DNA from: Welwitschia mirabilis
Lineage: Eukaryota
NCBI GenBank assembly: GCA_051453625.1
Contig: JBOZIK010000001.1
Location: forward strand, 1,307,884-1,371,883
Direction of reading: 5' to 3'
Length of the DNA: 64,000 nt
The position numbers were made by a program, and so were the translations under genes. The first letter of the stretch is position 1. The number at the start of each line of letters is the position of its first letter. Shown in pieces: positions 24,601 through 39,500 of the stretch. The notes below the pieces were generated by a model, which searched no databases, had not been told where the DNA came from, and saw only the letters and a list, made by a program, of their open reading frames with translations.

Positions 24601-26262
24601 AATTATGTCTCATGTCTTTCACTAATTCACTACCTAACTAGCAAGTAGAAATAAACACAATGAGAAGATAAATTAGCAAGCCTTTCCCCAACACAACTTG
24701 ATGTGATTTTTAAATGGTTAGAGGATAGGAAAAAAATGTATCTAGAAATAACATTAAAGATCAATGAATTTCTTCTTTAAATAAAAACTTTGTGCATCCA
24801 ATGCTGTAGATTTCCAACATAGGAATATAGATTTATATAGATATTCAATTTATTAATATTTTTATGATGCTTAAAAACATGATGAATGTAGAGAGCAGTA
24901 ATATTAATGTAGACATCTTAGTTTTACCTATGACTAAGGATTCCAAAACTATCTGTTCAGAGTTGTAGTTTCTTAGAATATATGAAGTCTCACTAATATT
25001 ATCTAATAGAAAAAAATAGTTTAATAGTTAAGGATATCTCTAATAATATTAATTTCATTCTTTTACAAGAAGTAAAGATATCATTTGAAGTTATGAATGT
25101 TATTTTTACTCAATTTATAAGTAACAGTATGTTTGTTTTTATAAATCATAGTGAAGAAGAAGATGATGCATGTACCATCATAAACAAGAAATGGTATGAT
25201 TACCTATTTGAATAAGAAACTAAGTCTTAAAATTGAGTGGTATAGGTAGTTTTTGAGGGACCAACTAGTATATTTGTCATTTGCTCAATTTATGCTCATA
25301 ATGATCTACATGATAAGAATAACCTAGGGTAAGTTAGACATTTATACTTCCTATTCTCTTTGATATTTAATGGAGACTTTACTAACCTCAAGGATGTAAG
25401 TGATAATATTAGAGGTCATCTCAAGTATTGGAAATCACTAGAGTTAGACACCTTGATACATTTCAAGGAAGAATTCTATTTAACCCATGTAGCTTTTAAA
25501 TTAGATTACACCGACATCCAAATTACACTTGGAACAACATGCAAAAAGAAGAGGCACTTATTATAAACTACTTAGATAAATTCTATATGCCATTGATTTC
25601 ATTTTAAAGTAATCATTTATCTTTCATATTTATCAAAATGTTACATTGTTAAATTCTTTTTCTATTGTTTTAATAGCTAATTATGGTACTTTTGATAATA
25701 AAAATAACAAATGACATTCTTGTATCAATATGATAACTTTTTGTATAAGAACAAAAAAAAAAAAGAAAACGAAAGGAGAGATTAAAAAAAAAACCTTTTT
25801 AGATATGAAATGCTTAGTCACATTCTCAAGAGATGTTTGAATGGATAGATTGGTGGACTAGAGCCATATTAGAGTGAAAAAAATGTCAAATTTTCTTACA
25901 AACTAGTGATAGAAATGCAGATATTAAAGTATGTTAGAAATTAAAAAAAAAAGATCTTCATTAGTGAAAATGCATACGCGTTGGGAAGGAGGGGCTATAA
26001 AAATTTAATCAATAAAATGCAAGCTCAATAAATTTCATTAACAGGTTACATATAAATACTACAACACAATTTGATAATGATGGACTACATCCACAAAATA
26101 CAAAGTACAACAAAAATCAATTAAAAAATAGACAACTAAATAGGATAAATAGGCATTCCCATTATACCACTTATTTAATATAAATAAGAAAAATAAAATG
26201 TATAACAAATATTCTTCAAATTCCTCCTTCATGTTAAGATTGAACCTTGGCATTATGACATA

Positions 26263-26465
26263 AGTATTAAGTTAAAGAAGCACTAAGCTAAAGATGAACT
26301 AAGCTTGTGATAGCACTGAGCTTAAGATATCACTTAGCTTTATGATAGCACTAAGATTAAGGTAGCACTAAGCTTAAAGCAGCACTGATCTTGTGGTAGT
26401 ACTGAGCTTTAATATAGCGCTAAACTTGATGTGATACTGAGTTTGATGTATAACTGAGCTTGTTA
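26263..26465. repeat. About 12 imperfect copies of a 16-18 bp unit (agcactRagcttNNgat)
   Basis: Directly visible tandem array just inside the PPT of the copia element. Confidence 0.85.
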
Positions 26466-26746
26466 AAACTCACTTGGTCCTATTCCAACATCTTCATTTT
26501 TATCTTATTGAGTACCATTCTCATTGATTTCTACTATAAAAGATGATTGCTTTATTTTGTCATCTAAAAAGTTTCAAGCATGATCTTGACAATTTTGATG
26601 TAGAACTGGGCTTGATAAAATTCACCTAGTTCTATTTCAACATGAATATTTTTATCTTTTTGAATATCATTCTCATTAATTTCTACTATGAAAGATGATT
26701 ATTTTAGTTTTTCATCTCATCAGTCTCAAGCATGATCTCAACAATT
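26452..26746. repeat. Diverged tandem duplication, about 152 bp period
   Basis: 26452-26595 aligns with 26604-26746 (actgagcttgttaaaactcac...caagcatgatcttgacaatt). Confidence 0.85.
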
Positions 26747-27779
26747 AATATCTTCATGTCCTCTTCTTTTGTAATAATAACAACTTCTGACATCCTTTCC
26801 TGTAAAAAATTTTTCGCCTTTGTTATAAAAAATAGTGTCATACTTCCTTCACCTTGATTCATTCTTCTTACTTTATTAAGTAAAGTTGAAATTGTTCTCT
26901 CTAGAGAACATGAAATATTCTTTAAGATAAAAACAATATGCTTATACGAGGAGGGANNNNNNNNNNNNNNNNNNNNNNNNNNNNNNNNNNNNNNNNNNNN
27001 NNNNNNNNNNNNNNNNNNNNNNNNNNNNNNNNNNNNNNNNNNNNNNNNNNNNNNNNGAGGGAAGACTACTTAGTAAAATTGCCTTATCATTATCATTATA
27101 TACCTTATAATTTATTACAATAAGTTGTGTCAACAAAGATTCGAAGTAATTAACATGTTAATTCATACCTCCAGACTCATGCAGTTTTAAGCTATACAGT
27201 TGAGTTCTTACTTGGCTTTATTTCCACTTTATCTAAAAAGTTTATTTAAATCATCCCATACTTAAATTAATCTAATGAAGATACTCATTTTTTAAACTGA
27301 GATGAATTAATGAAAGAGCTTCTTAATTTGCATCTTCCTACTTTTTAAGTTTGGCAACATCTTTAGGTTTGAGATGTTTTTCACTGATGATCTTCCATAT
27401 ACCTTTGTTGATTAGAATAACTGCATTTCAACTTATCAAGCATGGAAGTTCTTACCATTAAATTTTTTTATAGAGTTGGCAATTTTAACCCTTCTTTTCT
27501 TCTTAAAAGGTTAAAATTTTAAAGTCTTAGATCATATGCAATTGGTAATATATGCCCTTCCTCTCAGTCTCATCTTTCAAAATTAACTTTATTCTGATTA
27601 CATTTTGTGCTTATAAGTACAAAAGGCAATTATAATGCCTTAAAAGTTGAGATAACTAAATAGTGAAGCCCATAGATTACAAAAGCAAGGGAATGAAAAC
27701 ATGATCAGATCATGCAGCACATAGCAAGAAAAAAAAAATGATTTAATGCAAGTCTACTTATTTTGGTGGTGATAATGAA

Positions 27780-29706
27780 TGATTTTGAAAATCAAAAAGA
27801 TCACTTCAGTTTGATGATTTGCATTGGAAATATTGGCAGTAGCAAGAGGTACTTCAATAAATCTTTGATTTTAGAAATTTGGGAAGATCTCACACTTACA
27901 TTTCTTTTTGTGACATTATTCACTTAATTTTATTCTCCTGCACTTCTTGTGTCTAGTGGCTAATGGATTTCTTGTAAGTTCCTCACACATGTGCTAAATT
28001 AGGACAATCTCTATTTTGCTGAATCTCATGCTACTAATGTTGAGAGCTCATTTTATCATATTATGATCTATCTTTTCTCTTATAAATGCATCCTAAAAAT
28101 CCTTCCAAATTAGATTAAAACTAAACCTAGGATTAAGTTTTATTTTCAAAAGTAAAGCAAGAATGTTAATGTTATTATTTCTAAAAATAAGAGGTGCCTC
28201 TGACACTCTTCATGTACTCTAGGTGTGTTTACATGTAAAAATTGACATTCCAAGTAAGTATAATTGATTAATTTTGCCTAGGAAAGTATATTAAACTTAT
28301 TTTTTAATTAAAAATGATGTCTTCTACCCTATTTTTATATTTCATAAGAATATCAAGTTTCCCTTAACATAAGCATCTTTATTGATGCCTTATGGAGAAC
28401 ATTGCACAAACTGAAGAAATTATAGTAACCAATGTCGATACCACTATCTACGTCCACCAGCAATTCTACTCTTCTGAGGTAAACTCACTTCAAATCACAT
28501 TCTTGCATCCTTTTGGGATGTCCATCAAATCACACTTATACGGAGTTAGATGTTGATCCAAGGTAAACCTTTAAACTTGACAATAGATGGCGAAAGTAAA
28601 AAATAACATGTCATAGCAACATGTGGTAGTAATGAGGATGACACGTGACATGGCATCCGTTGGTAGTGTCATCATCATTCAAGGGACATGTCATCACCTT
28701 TTTTGCATTAGTAGACAAAGAATACTCCTTTCATATTGCATGCCAAAATTTGTAACTTCCTCCTTAAGTAACCACCCTAATGTAACTCTTTTATGTAACT
28801 TTCCACCAATCACATCATGACAAATCTCTCTAATCCTTCCCTCATCTATAAAAGAGCCTTAAGCCCTCATTATAATGAATATTTTTTTTGGAAAAATATG
28901 GTGGAAATACTTAAAGTGCTAGGATGTTATGGAATTCTAATCACCTTCCTTGGGGGCAGATTTGTTTAAGGCTAGTTGAGGATTCCATGTAACTCCATCT
29001 CTCTTCCTTGATATAATGTATAGTTTGATTTTTAATATAAGATTATATTTTATTTTTTATTATTAATGTATGTTAATTGGGTATTAGCATTCTATAGGTA
29101 AGGCTAGTTCTTAAGTAGCTTTTATCCTTTTATTGTTAATGCACATTAATTTGATATTAGCAATTCTTAGGTGAGACTACCTAGATATTAATTTCTTTTG
29201 TTATGGAGTGAGCTATTTAAGGTTACTTCTGTGATTTTGTAGTGGCTATCATTTAATGGATCTTATGCACAATTGTTCATACCATCCCTGCTTATGAAGG
29301 GCTATGAAGGATCAGAGGGACTAAGTAGCTCACCAAACAGACTCATGTGTTGGATAAGACTATACCTCCATGTCTAAGCCTTAGTAGCTTGATAATTTTA
29401 GTTTATGTTTTAGGAATATAAGAGTCATTGAAACATTGGACAAATTAGTTAGACCTTTGGAGCACTTTTGTTCCCTTACGTTACCAATCAAAGATTACTT
29501 TAAATCTCAACTTCTGATTTTCTTTTATTTGAGTTTTATTGCAAGCTAGAATAATTGTATTACTTTTGTTAAGCTACTGCATATATATCCCTATGAAAGA
29601 ATGATACTGAGTTCTAACTTAGTTTATATTTAGTTCACTATACTCACATAACCAAGGTGTTACATGCTATTAGGAATTCTAGGTTTCTCTATATGTGTCT
29701 TAAGCA
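27780..29706 (+). mobile_element. Probable solo LTR nested in the copia element
   Basis: TG at 27780 and CA at 29706 flanked by identical ATGAA; TATA-like ctataaaag near 28846; non-coding. Confidence 0.55.
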
Positions 29707-30716
29707 ATGAATCATATGGAATGCTATGATACACTATTGTTACTTCTCAATGCATAGACCGAATAGTCATATACTAAGGTAGAGTTAGTGGTATACACAA
29801 CATGGAATGTCAATTTGATTTACAACATAGTTGTGGATTACTCACTAGATGATGTTGTGGGAATGGATCTTGGGAACTTGTTTTTGTCATGTAAAATATC
29901 TTGCATAGGCTAATTTATCCTTTCTATTTCTTTGATGAAATTTCTTTTGCAGCAGTATAAGTAAGTTCTTGTTCATCGATGATGTCTATCTCTATAATGA
30001 TGTTCTATCAATAGGAAATCATCTAAGAGAATGGTAAGATGCACTTTAGAAGACAAGGATTGAGGACATTGATGGATGGTAAGAGGCTTTGGTTAAGCAT
30101 AGGACCTTTAACTTTTAGCTTTGATACCAATTGAAAATGTAGAGGCATTGGGAAGGAGGAGTTTTACAAATTTAATCAATAAACTATAAGCTTAATAAAT
30201 TTCATTAATAGGTTACATATAAATACTACAATACAATCTAATAATGGTGGACTAGATCCAAAAAATATAGATTACAACTGTAAGAAAATTAAAAATAGAT
30301 AACTAAATAGGATAAATGGGTATTTCTATTATACCACTTATTTAATACAAAGAAGAAAAATAAAAATGAAAAATAGATATTCTTCAAATAGCTTTAAATT
30401 GATCCTTTTACTTGATTAACTAAAGAGGAGTTAGTTGAAATAAAATTAATTTAATAAAAATAGAATTAATATTATGCTAAAAGTGCAAGTTGTACTAGCT
30501 AAGAGTTCAGGATTTCATCTACAAAGAATTTCACATTTTTAAAAAGAAATACAAATCATTATCAAATTAATAAATTATTATGAAGAAGTTTAAAAATTTT
30601 TGATCTTGATAAGAATAGTCTTTGGATTAAAAGAATGAAATTTTAAAAAATTTAATTATATCACTGGTTTCATTTCCAAAGTTTTAAAGAATGAACATAT
30701 TATCTTGCTTAGTAGT

Positions 30717-30780
30717 GATGTTTCTAATGAAGAACTTAGAGATTCTTTGATGTTTCTAATGAAGAACTTAGAGATTCTTT
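30717..30780. repeat. Perfect 32-bp tandem duplication
   Basis: gatgtttctaatgaagaacttagagattcttt x2. Confidence 0.95.
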
Positions 30781-33549
30781 CTTTAATGTGTTTAATGATA
30801 AGGCTTCATCTTTAATGAAATACTTCTAAAATTTTATAAAGGGTAGTGAAATATTACTATCGATGACTACTTACAAGTGATCAAAGAAGGCATGTTCAAC
30901 ATTCAATGGAACTTAACTTATGTAAAGAAATCATTAGATTTCTTTTTAAATATGAAAATATAAATGTAATTAATAATTAAAGACTAAAAAATTATTAAAA
31001 ATTTCTTATAAAACCTAGGTAAAATATCTTAGAAAAGGACTATAAAAGATTATTCTAGACATTAGTAGTTAAGAGCAAATATGTTTTATTCTTAGTCAAT
31101 ACATTCTAAATAGAAGGATACCAATGAGTACTAGATGACAATCATAATATCTCCTTCATCAAAACTGACTAAGCTAATGCATATGATTATATTATCTAAG
31201 ACTTTGTTTTGAATTATATGGAAAAGATGGGATTTAATATTAGGTTTTTACACATGATAATATGCCTTTATATTAATGCTAATGCATACATAGTATTTGA
31301 TGTAAGAAATTTTAATAATTTTACTATATAAAGATTAGTATAATAGAGTTGTCTAATTTTTCTTTCTTATTGATCATTCTAGCTAATTTTTCAAGTCATC
31401 ACATTAAGAAAGACTTAGGAGATGGATTATTGAAAGGCATTAAAATCAATTATGATTTTAGATAGATGATAACTATACACTTTTCTAATGATTTTCTTTT
31501 TATTTATAAAGAATGGAAAAAGGCACATTCATTGACTTCTCAATAAAACTAAACAATATTACACCTTTCAAAATCTAGGATTAATTAAAAGAAGTCCTCT
31601 AATACATAATGCTAGAGGTTGTCTTCACTTCTTAGAGCATAAACCCTAGATGATTATTATAGAGAATGAAATCATTAAGATTTTAATTATATCATTCCCA
31701 TTTGATGCGTTAACCTCTTTAATAAAGTTAAGAATAAGATTGATAAATGAAAAGTAAAGAAAGTATTTTGTGTAGAAAAGTCCTTTATACATGAATATAT
31801 TATTTAAAGTATTCATTTTTTTTATTCCTCTTTTTGTGTACCTAGATTCAAATATTACAAAATCTTAAATCTTTATTAAGGATTTCATGCGATTGATTTA
31901 GTTGGTAAAAAAATGATTTAAACAAAGTTTCTTAAAAAATATGTTATCTTTTAATTAGAAAAGAAGGATAAACCTCACTAATAGCTTATACTAAGAATAA
32001 GAACTATGCCTAAATGGGTCATAAATTCTTTCTCATAGCATGACATTATTTATGAGTTACTATTTGCTAGAATAAAATAGTCTAACCTAAGACTAGAAAG
32101 ATTTGAAAGGGACTCAATCCTCTAAATTGGAACATATAATCTCACTTGATAATACTAAGAGGTATGCATGTCTTTAAAGGTATTTGATTAGCATGAAGAA
32201 TTATTCATATTTCAATTGATTAGAACTCATTGAAAATTGCTCTTAATTTAGAGTATTTTAATTTAATAGATTCAAATTTGAAACATCTTAAAAGGCTCTT
32301 CAAATCCTAAATTAATAGCTCATTAGATGTAAAGAGTTTTGGAATCCTTAGTATTTATAATTTTCAATGGAATTATTTGTTATGGGACTTGTTTGAGTTA
32401 CTATATGGTTCTACACATAACATTAAAAGATTTCCTAGTTAGCTATTCAATTTTTTTAAGAATAGAATAATCAATAATGACAATAATGATACATTCTTAT
32501 AGAATCTCTAATGAAAACATGGTTTATAAGTTTTGCTTTATAGACTAGAAAGGGCTTACAATTTGATAAAAGAAGCTACAATAATATATTGGAATATAAA
32601 CAAAAAATGAAAAACATATGATATTAAGAATATATAAATTAAAATATTTTCTAACATTAGAAAATGTCCATTCTTTTAAAACAGTAGAATCTTAACTAGT
32701 CTCTTCTTCATAAAATATTGTCTTGATGTATTTGTCTTTAAAACCTATGGTTGCACTCCATTTTCCACCCTCTACACAATACCAAGGAATAATTTTAAGC
32801 ATACATTTGTAACATGGATTTTTACTAGAAAAACCTATATATGGGCTGGTAGTTTCCTTTAAATATGACTGCTAGATGAAAATTCTATAATTTTTTAAGA
32901 CAATCGTTAGTCGTTAAAGACCAATGCCTTCATCTAACATTTTATGTAACCTTGTATTTTATATTATCTATGGAAATTTCATCTGCAAAGGTCTTTTTTA
33001 ACATGTAGAACTTTTATTTATTATGGAATTTTAGAAAAAATTTAATATTCTATAACATGGCATATTTTAGGTATGAATTCAAGCAAAGAAGATTCAGCTT
33101 AAGGTTACTTACTACATGCATCTTCTTTAGCATTAATTTGATGGATCATTTTTATTAGTCTAGGGTCTCCTCTAAGGGATCTTCCCTAAGTAACCCTCCT
33201 TACATCTTTTCATAGACATCATCGATGAGTAGAACCAATAATGGTTTTTAAAAAAAAAAAAAAAGATTCAAGCTTTATCACCTTTAGTAATAATGAAATA
33301 TATTAAATTTTTATTTCATTTAACTTATGTGGGGCTTTTGCCCTTGAAAACTATGTTGTTTTATTTTAGTTGGACTATGGCCTAGTGGCAATTTGACATT
33401 TTTATGTTTCTCTGATATTGAAGTATTAGTTAATACATCTTTCTTTTTGTATTAAAGCTTATATTTTCATGTTTAATGACATTTTGGAATCCTATGTCCC
33501 TTCACAAAAATAGTTTAATAAATTCTACTAATTCTAAAGACATTTTTGT

Positions 33550-36500
33550 AATTTATAAAAGCTAGAAGTGTAGGTTTTACAAATTAATTATATCATAATA
33601 CAAGTATAAATATCATATTAAACATGTTATAAATATTATATTATAAAAATTACATGTAATTAAGGAGTGATAAATTCAAATTTTCAGTGAACCAAAACTT
33701 CATCTAGAATTACAACTATGATGATCAATCAATGAATGATTTAATTACAATCAAAGCCTCTTAGTGTGCTAATTAGATCTTCCAAAGTGTTAAAATGATA
33801 ACGTGCTAAATGAAGGATGAATGTCCCATCAGTTAGACTAGCATAATAACGTCTAATAATTATTATACAAATTATTTATGTTATTACAAGAATTCATATC
33901 ATAACATTCTAATGTATAACATATGAAAATTCATAATTCATATCATAAAATATCATTAAGAATTATATAAGCTTAAAATATTTAATGTCATAGTTTAGGA
34001 ACATGTTTTGTGATTAAACATCCAAACCACCTAGTCATCCAAGTCTTGTACAAGCCTATGCCTTTAGACCATTTCATTTCATTTTATCTTATCATATAAT
34101 AAACTAAGATATTATCTAATCTAGTTAATATCTTACATGTTCTAATATACATTTTGCTATATAAATTACTATCATAAATGAAAAAAAGCATAAATATCTC
34201 TTTTTGTAATTTGTATCAAGATATCAAATGTAAAGTATGGTAATTTTTATTCCAAATGTTAAGCATATTATCATAATCAGAAATAAGAAAATAAGATAAA
34301 ATAAATTCAAATGTCAATGTCTATAGGATTGAAAACATTAAACTCTAGGTTATTACATTAACTTATAGAACTCAAAGCTACATAAAGGTTAGAATTAAAA
34401 AATTTTCAAATAAGATTCACAAAACAATAAATCAAGATTCATACCTTTAATACCTTATAATAAATCATGATCATATGATGGTATAACTATTAATTTTAGC
34501 ATCCATGTAGATATCTAGTTAATAAACAATGTACTAAATAAAACATAACATTATGTAAGACTAGATAAAGAAATTCAAAAGTAGTTTGTAGTAACTAAGA
34601 ATCTAAGTTTTCACTTTGAGAAAAAAGGGGGAAAATATTATGGTTTACTAAAGCTCATGTTAAATTGATGATGGACGTTAAACTTAAAGTTTTTTATGAC
34701 CTTACGTTTCCCCTTAGAGTGAAACTATGATGGTTGCCCAAATGTATCATTTAATTATGCCTAAGACCTTATTGTATGCTAATTAGGTTATTGGGTTTAA
34801 ACTGATAACCTCCTAAATGGACGACAAGTGTTTCATTAGTTAGAATTTCATTCTAACAATAAGAATTATAAACAACTAGATTACTAAATAAAAGAAGATT
34901 ATGTACTATTTAAGTGTTAAAAGATTGATATCTAATCCTACTTTTAAACAAAACATGTTAAATTTAGCTTTGTAATTGTAATATATCATAGAGTAACTTA
35001 ATTGTATGATTTGTATAAATCCATTATAGATAAGAAAAATCATAAAATATGATATCTTATAAAGTCCAAAAACAAAAATAAGAAAAAAGATTGAAAACCT
35101 GTAACGCCTTGACTTTAATTATCCTAATTATGAACAATTATTTTTTTAAAACATTATTAACTAACATGAACAACGAAATCTAGGATCCATTCCTATTTAG
35201 ACCCTATTAAAGCATTATAAGAATTAAAATAATTAAATAACATAATTACTACTTAACTAAGACCCTTTTGATTTGCATACAATAATGATGTTAAAATTGT
35301 ATCCTATATTTATTCTTAACTTTTGTTTTTGCTACATAAAATATCTTGTATAAAGTTAATGGGATGTTAACTTGTTTTATCACATACAATGGATGAGTTT
35401 TAGGATAGTAGGATAGTGCCTAAGCAAGATAATAGGAGGTTGCAACTTTCATTAATGAAATTCCAACTTGATATATGGCCATCCTCCAGACATAAGTGGG
35501 TTCTACTTCAGGTTTTAGATTATACAAACATGGATATGCTCAACTCCATAGGCTTATACTTCACCTTGATATACCTCCAATACAGGTGACAAATGACACT
35601 TGAGGTGGATGCATGCTTACAAATAATCCCTGCTTCCATGAAGCATATCAAGATGATGTAACATAATACCAAAGGCTCAGGATATTAATTCAGGTAAGTC
35701 CATGCATGGATAGAGCAAGAGAGTGATGATTAAATCCACTTCTAGAAGGGTTTATAAATAAAAGTATAATGCAACACACCTTGGTGATGAAATCCAAGTA
35801 AGGGGATGAATAATTATTGAGTTTATCTTGATTTAGTTGAACTAATACATCACAAAAATGCAAGTATATAATTATGTGGATATTTAATGGATTGTTCACC
35901 AAATAGAAATAATTCTACTCATCATTGGATTTATTTTATGAAGACACTCATACAAAAGAAAAATAGAGTATATAAGCATCATTCTGATTTTTTTCCAAAA
36001 AAAAAAAAGGAAAATAACACATTTGCAAAGCATAATGATAAAGATACATGAAATAAAACATCCCTTTAATTTTTTTTAACATTAGAATTTTTTTTTCAAA
36101 CTAAGGCCCATTAGTACATCCAAGTTCTATTATAGAAACATGATCCATTTATGGAACTGAGCCAACTTCTAACCTTTTTTATAAATTATAAGTATCTATA
36201 TCAAAATAAACTTAATCCAAGTGATTGGACTACACATATCTAGAATTATTTAGTAGACAAACCTAATATTGATGCTTGAAATGTAAGAGTAAGGGCCCAA
36301 ATATTAATAAATAGTATATCAAAATAATAAAAAAAATTTGAATTAATTCGAGATTATATATAGTATTTAAAATAATTAGATACTTACATTAAATAAATTT
36401 TTATAATTATTAAAATTATTTGTGAATTTTCTTATATTTTAAAGGCCTTAAAACTAAAAATTTCTAATTAACTACTTAAATACGTAAAAATAAAATAGAC

Positions 36501-39500
36501 TCATTTTTGTTAAATTGAACTATTATATTATCCTTATAAATTAAATTTATTAAATTTAAATTTGTATACAGACATTTTAAAGGATCAAACTTTGACTATA
36601 AAAACTACCTAAATTTTGGAGTTTATAAAATAATACCCTTTACTAAAATGGCTATAACTTTTAATCTACTTAGAGTTTTTAAATGAATAAATACTTTTTA
36701 AAAATCTTATTAAATTTTCTATAGCTTGGACTATTTAATTTTTACTAGAACTTTCTATAATTTTAAAAACTGAGATGTTTTGCTTACTATTTTCTACTTG
36801 TAATTTTTGAGTTTTTTCATAAAATAAATTTTAAAAATTATTTTAATCTCAAAAAATTACTATTATAAAAGTTTTAAATTCATAACATGATTCTAAACTT
36901 ACATAAAGAATTTCATAAATATTTACTTAGTATTGAATGGGTCATGACTTTCTTAACTTATGCTCCACTTTTGGAAAAAAGTAAACTTTAACTAAACTGA
37001 GGACAAGAGAATTCAAACTAATTTATAGAAATAAAAATTAATAAATTAACTAAAAATACATAATAAAAATTAGTATTGAAAGTATAAAAAAAATAATTAT
37101 AAGCAATATAATGTAACTTACAATAATAAAGAATGCATCAAATACCATGAGCCTTAGGATTTTCTAAGAAGGAGTGCCTAGCCTAAATGGATTTTAAGGA
37201 TTAGAATCATTCATCCAAACAATAATTCTAATGTCAATCTGATGAATGAATTTTAAAAATAAGATAATACAAAATTACATGGGTAACCAAACTTATAGTG
37301 AACCCCCTAGTCACTTAGCTAAAATATCCATTAGATCCATAGAAGTTAAGCATGTTAAGAGGTTTCTTAACTCTCTCTCCCTCATCTTAATCTATGCCAA
37401 TGAAAAGGAAAAGATTAATTGTTAGCCTCATCAACTAAGTATGTAACAAGATCCTTTAAATCTCTCTCTCACCTTAGTCTTATCCAATGAGAGGGATAAC
37501 ATTAATACTGTATTGATACTATCATCATATGCATAGGCCTAATGCAAGAAAATTTGAGCTAAAATTCTTATTAAAGAAGAACCTATGTGGTAAGAAAAAG
37601 ATTGATGATTATTAAAGAAGATTGATGAAGTCCTAATATCCAAGATCCTAGCTCCAAAATTCCAAGTTCCAAGCTCCAAGCTCTAAATTCCAAGCTCTAA
37701 CTCCATACTCAAGAAGTTGAAAGATTGAGAAGAAATTTTAGTAGCTTAAACTTACTTAAAGAATAGTAGCATGAGAAGAAAGGATAGGGCTCTATTTATA
37801 AATAAATGGTATATCAAATGTTCTTGATTTAATTGGCTAAAGGTCACCCACATTATTTTACCCATAAGGTAAAGAAATATTTTTTACTTGATAAAATTGA
37901 TTAATGATGAGTTCGATGGGCATGTGTGCAAGTGATATGCACAAATAAATGACAAATAACAAGATTGATCAATGACAAGATTAATCAATGATAAGTTAGA
38001 TAAGCTTTTTTGGAGGTAATATTAACATGTGAATGACAATTAATAAGATTTATCAATGAATAGTTGTAAGGGCTTGTGTAAGAGGAGAAAGTAATGTTTG
38101 AATGATAAAAGGAATATTATTTATGAATCATGCGCCTAATTACGGTGAGTAATTTTCTTTCTTTAATTAGCAAGATTATTTAGATGCATCATTTCCTTAT
38201 GCTAATTCTTTATTAATCCTTCATAGGCTTATAATTAATCCAAAACATATTTTAATAAATGTATAAAATACATTGGAAGAATAAATACACCAATGTCAAA
38301 ATTGTCATGTGACACAACAAGAAAAATAATATTGTGTGCATAAAGTACTTTTACAAATATCAATAAGGATAAAAGTAATGGTAGAATAAATTCCACTCAT
38401 CTATCCTTTTTGATTTATGGACAAGAATGCATGTCCTTATTCATATGTTTATACTCTTCATGATCCATCACATCAATAACACAAATCATAAGAAAGTAAT
38501 GTCATAATTGAATGTAAGAAAGATATCATACGTAAATATAAGAAAAATGTCATAATTAAGTGTAAGAAAAATGTCATAGTTGAACATAATACTCTTACAT
38601 ACTTATTATTCTTTCACGTTTACCAAGTAATTTTAGTATTTTAGATTTGAATAAGGTACATAGATAAATGATTAAAATAAAGATTCACATACCATTTTTA
38701 TAGACATTTAATTATTATTTTACATCTTCACATGAGTTTTTTAAATTTAATTATTTAACCATGAAAATAACTTGTAATCATAAATAAGTTTATTTAGTAT
38801 TTAAATTCTTATAATTATCATCATTAATTAAAATAATAAAATTATTCAAAACTAAGATTAATTAATTAAGTGTTTTATGAGTATATGTAATTCAAAATAT
38901 ATCTTTCACATAAGAAATATAATAAATTATTAATAATAAGGCTACACACTAATTCTCATATGCTTTAAATTAAAGAAAAAAAGGATACTTATTTGATATC
39001 AAAATATTCATTATGTTTATTAATTAAAGATTACAAACTATGAGGTATAGCAAAACCATAATTGAAAAAGGCTTAAGTTATTACTATAGGAATTGTGTTA
39101 TCTATTTCTTCTCTATACAAAGTTTTTGAGTCTAAATGTAAAGTTACAATTCTACATTATCTCATATCTATCTTTCATAAGAACATGAAAGTTTTGCTCA
39201 TTATTTTAGGAGAAAAACAAAAAATGAAAAAAATACAATAAAGCTTTCAAATGTTATATAAGATGAGTAAGTCATGATTTCATTCACTAAACTAAAATAA
39301 CTTGGGATTTTTTAATCTAGTCAAACAATGATTGTGCTTCATAAATATCAAGCTTTATTAAAGTAACACTTACTAAGTTAGCTTCAGATATGCTTAGTAA
39401 GTTATCAAAGGGGTCAAGGCACAAATTACTTCTACATTAAAAAGAAAAAAATAATAAAAAAAGCTACAAGTATGGGTCTTTCTACTCTAAAGAAAAACAT

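Larger units (their letters stand above)
25965..30386 (-). mobile_element. Non-autonomous Ty1/copia element with short LTRs
   Basis: LTRs 25965-26218 and 30132-30386 (TG..CA, about 254 bp), flanks ATTAG/AATAG, PBS tggtatcaaagc (tRNA-iMet type, rc 30118-30129), PPT tgaaggaggaa (rc about 26221-26231) and gag remnants IKKFNGKNFHA (27440-27472) and KAILLSSLP. No pol seen. Confidence 0.88.
24880..33263 (+). mobile_element. Degenerate L1-type LINE ORF2 interrupted by the 25965-30386 element
   Basis: Endonuclease-like LQEVK (25063-), SIYAHN and GDF (25280-25380). RT-like NDKA....FYK (30790-30840) and FIKTD.ANAYD...DFVLNYMEKMGF (31155-31236). Poly(A) at 33250-33263. 5' end approximate. Confidence 0.7.

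Noticed and set aside
26263..26465. CRISPR-like array
   Set aside because: Contiguous degenerate units with no unique spacers, no cas genes, eukaryotic TE context.
13182..39052. One giant 26-kb LTR element
   Set aside because: Each LTR has its own TSD and no PBS/PPT is adjacent.
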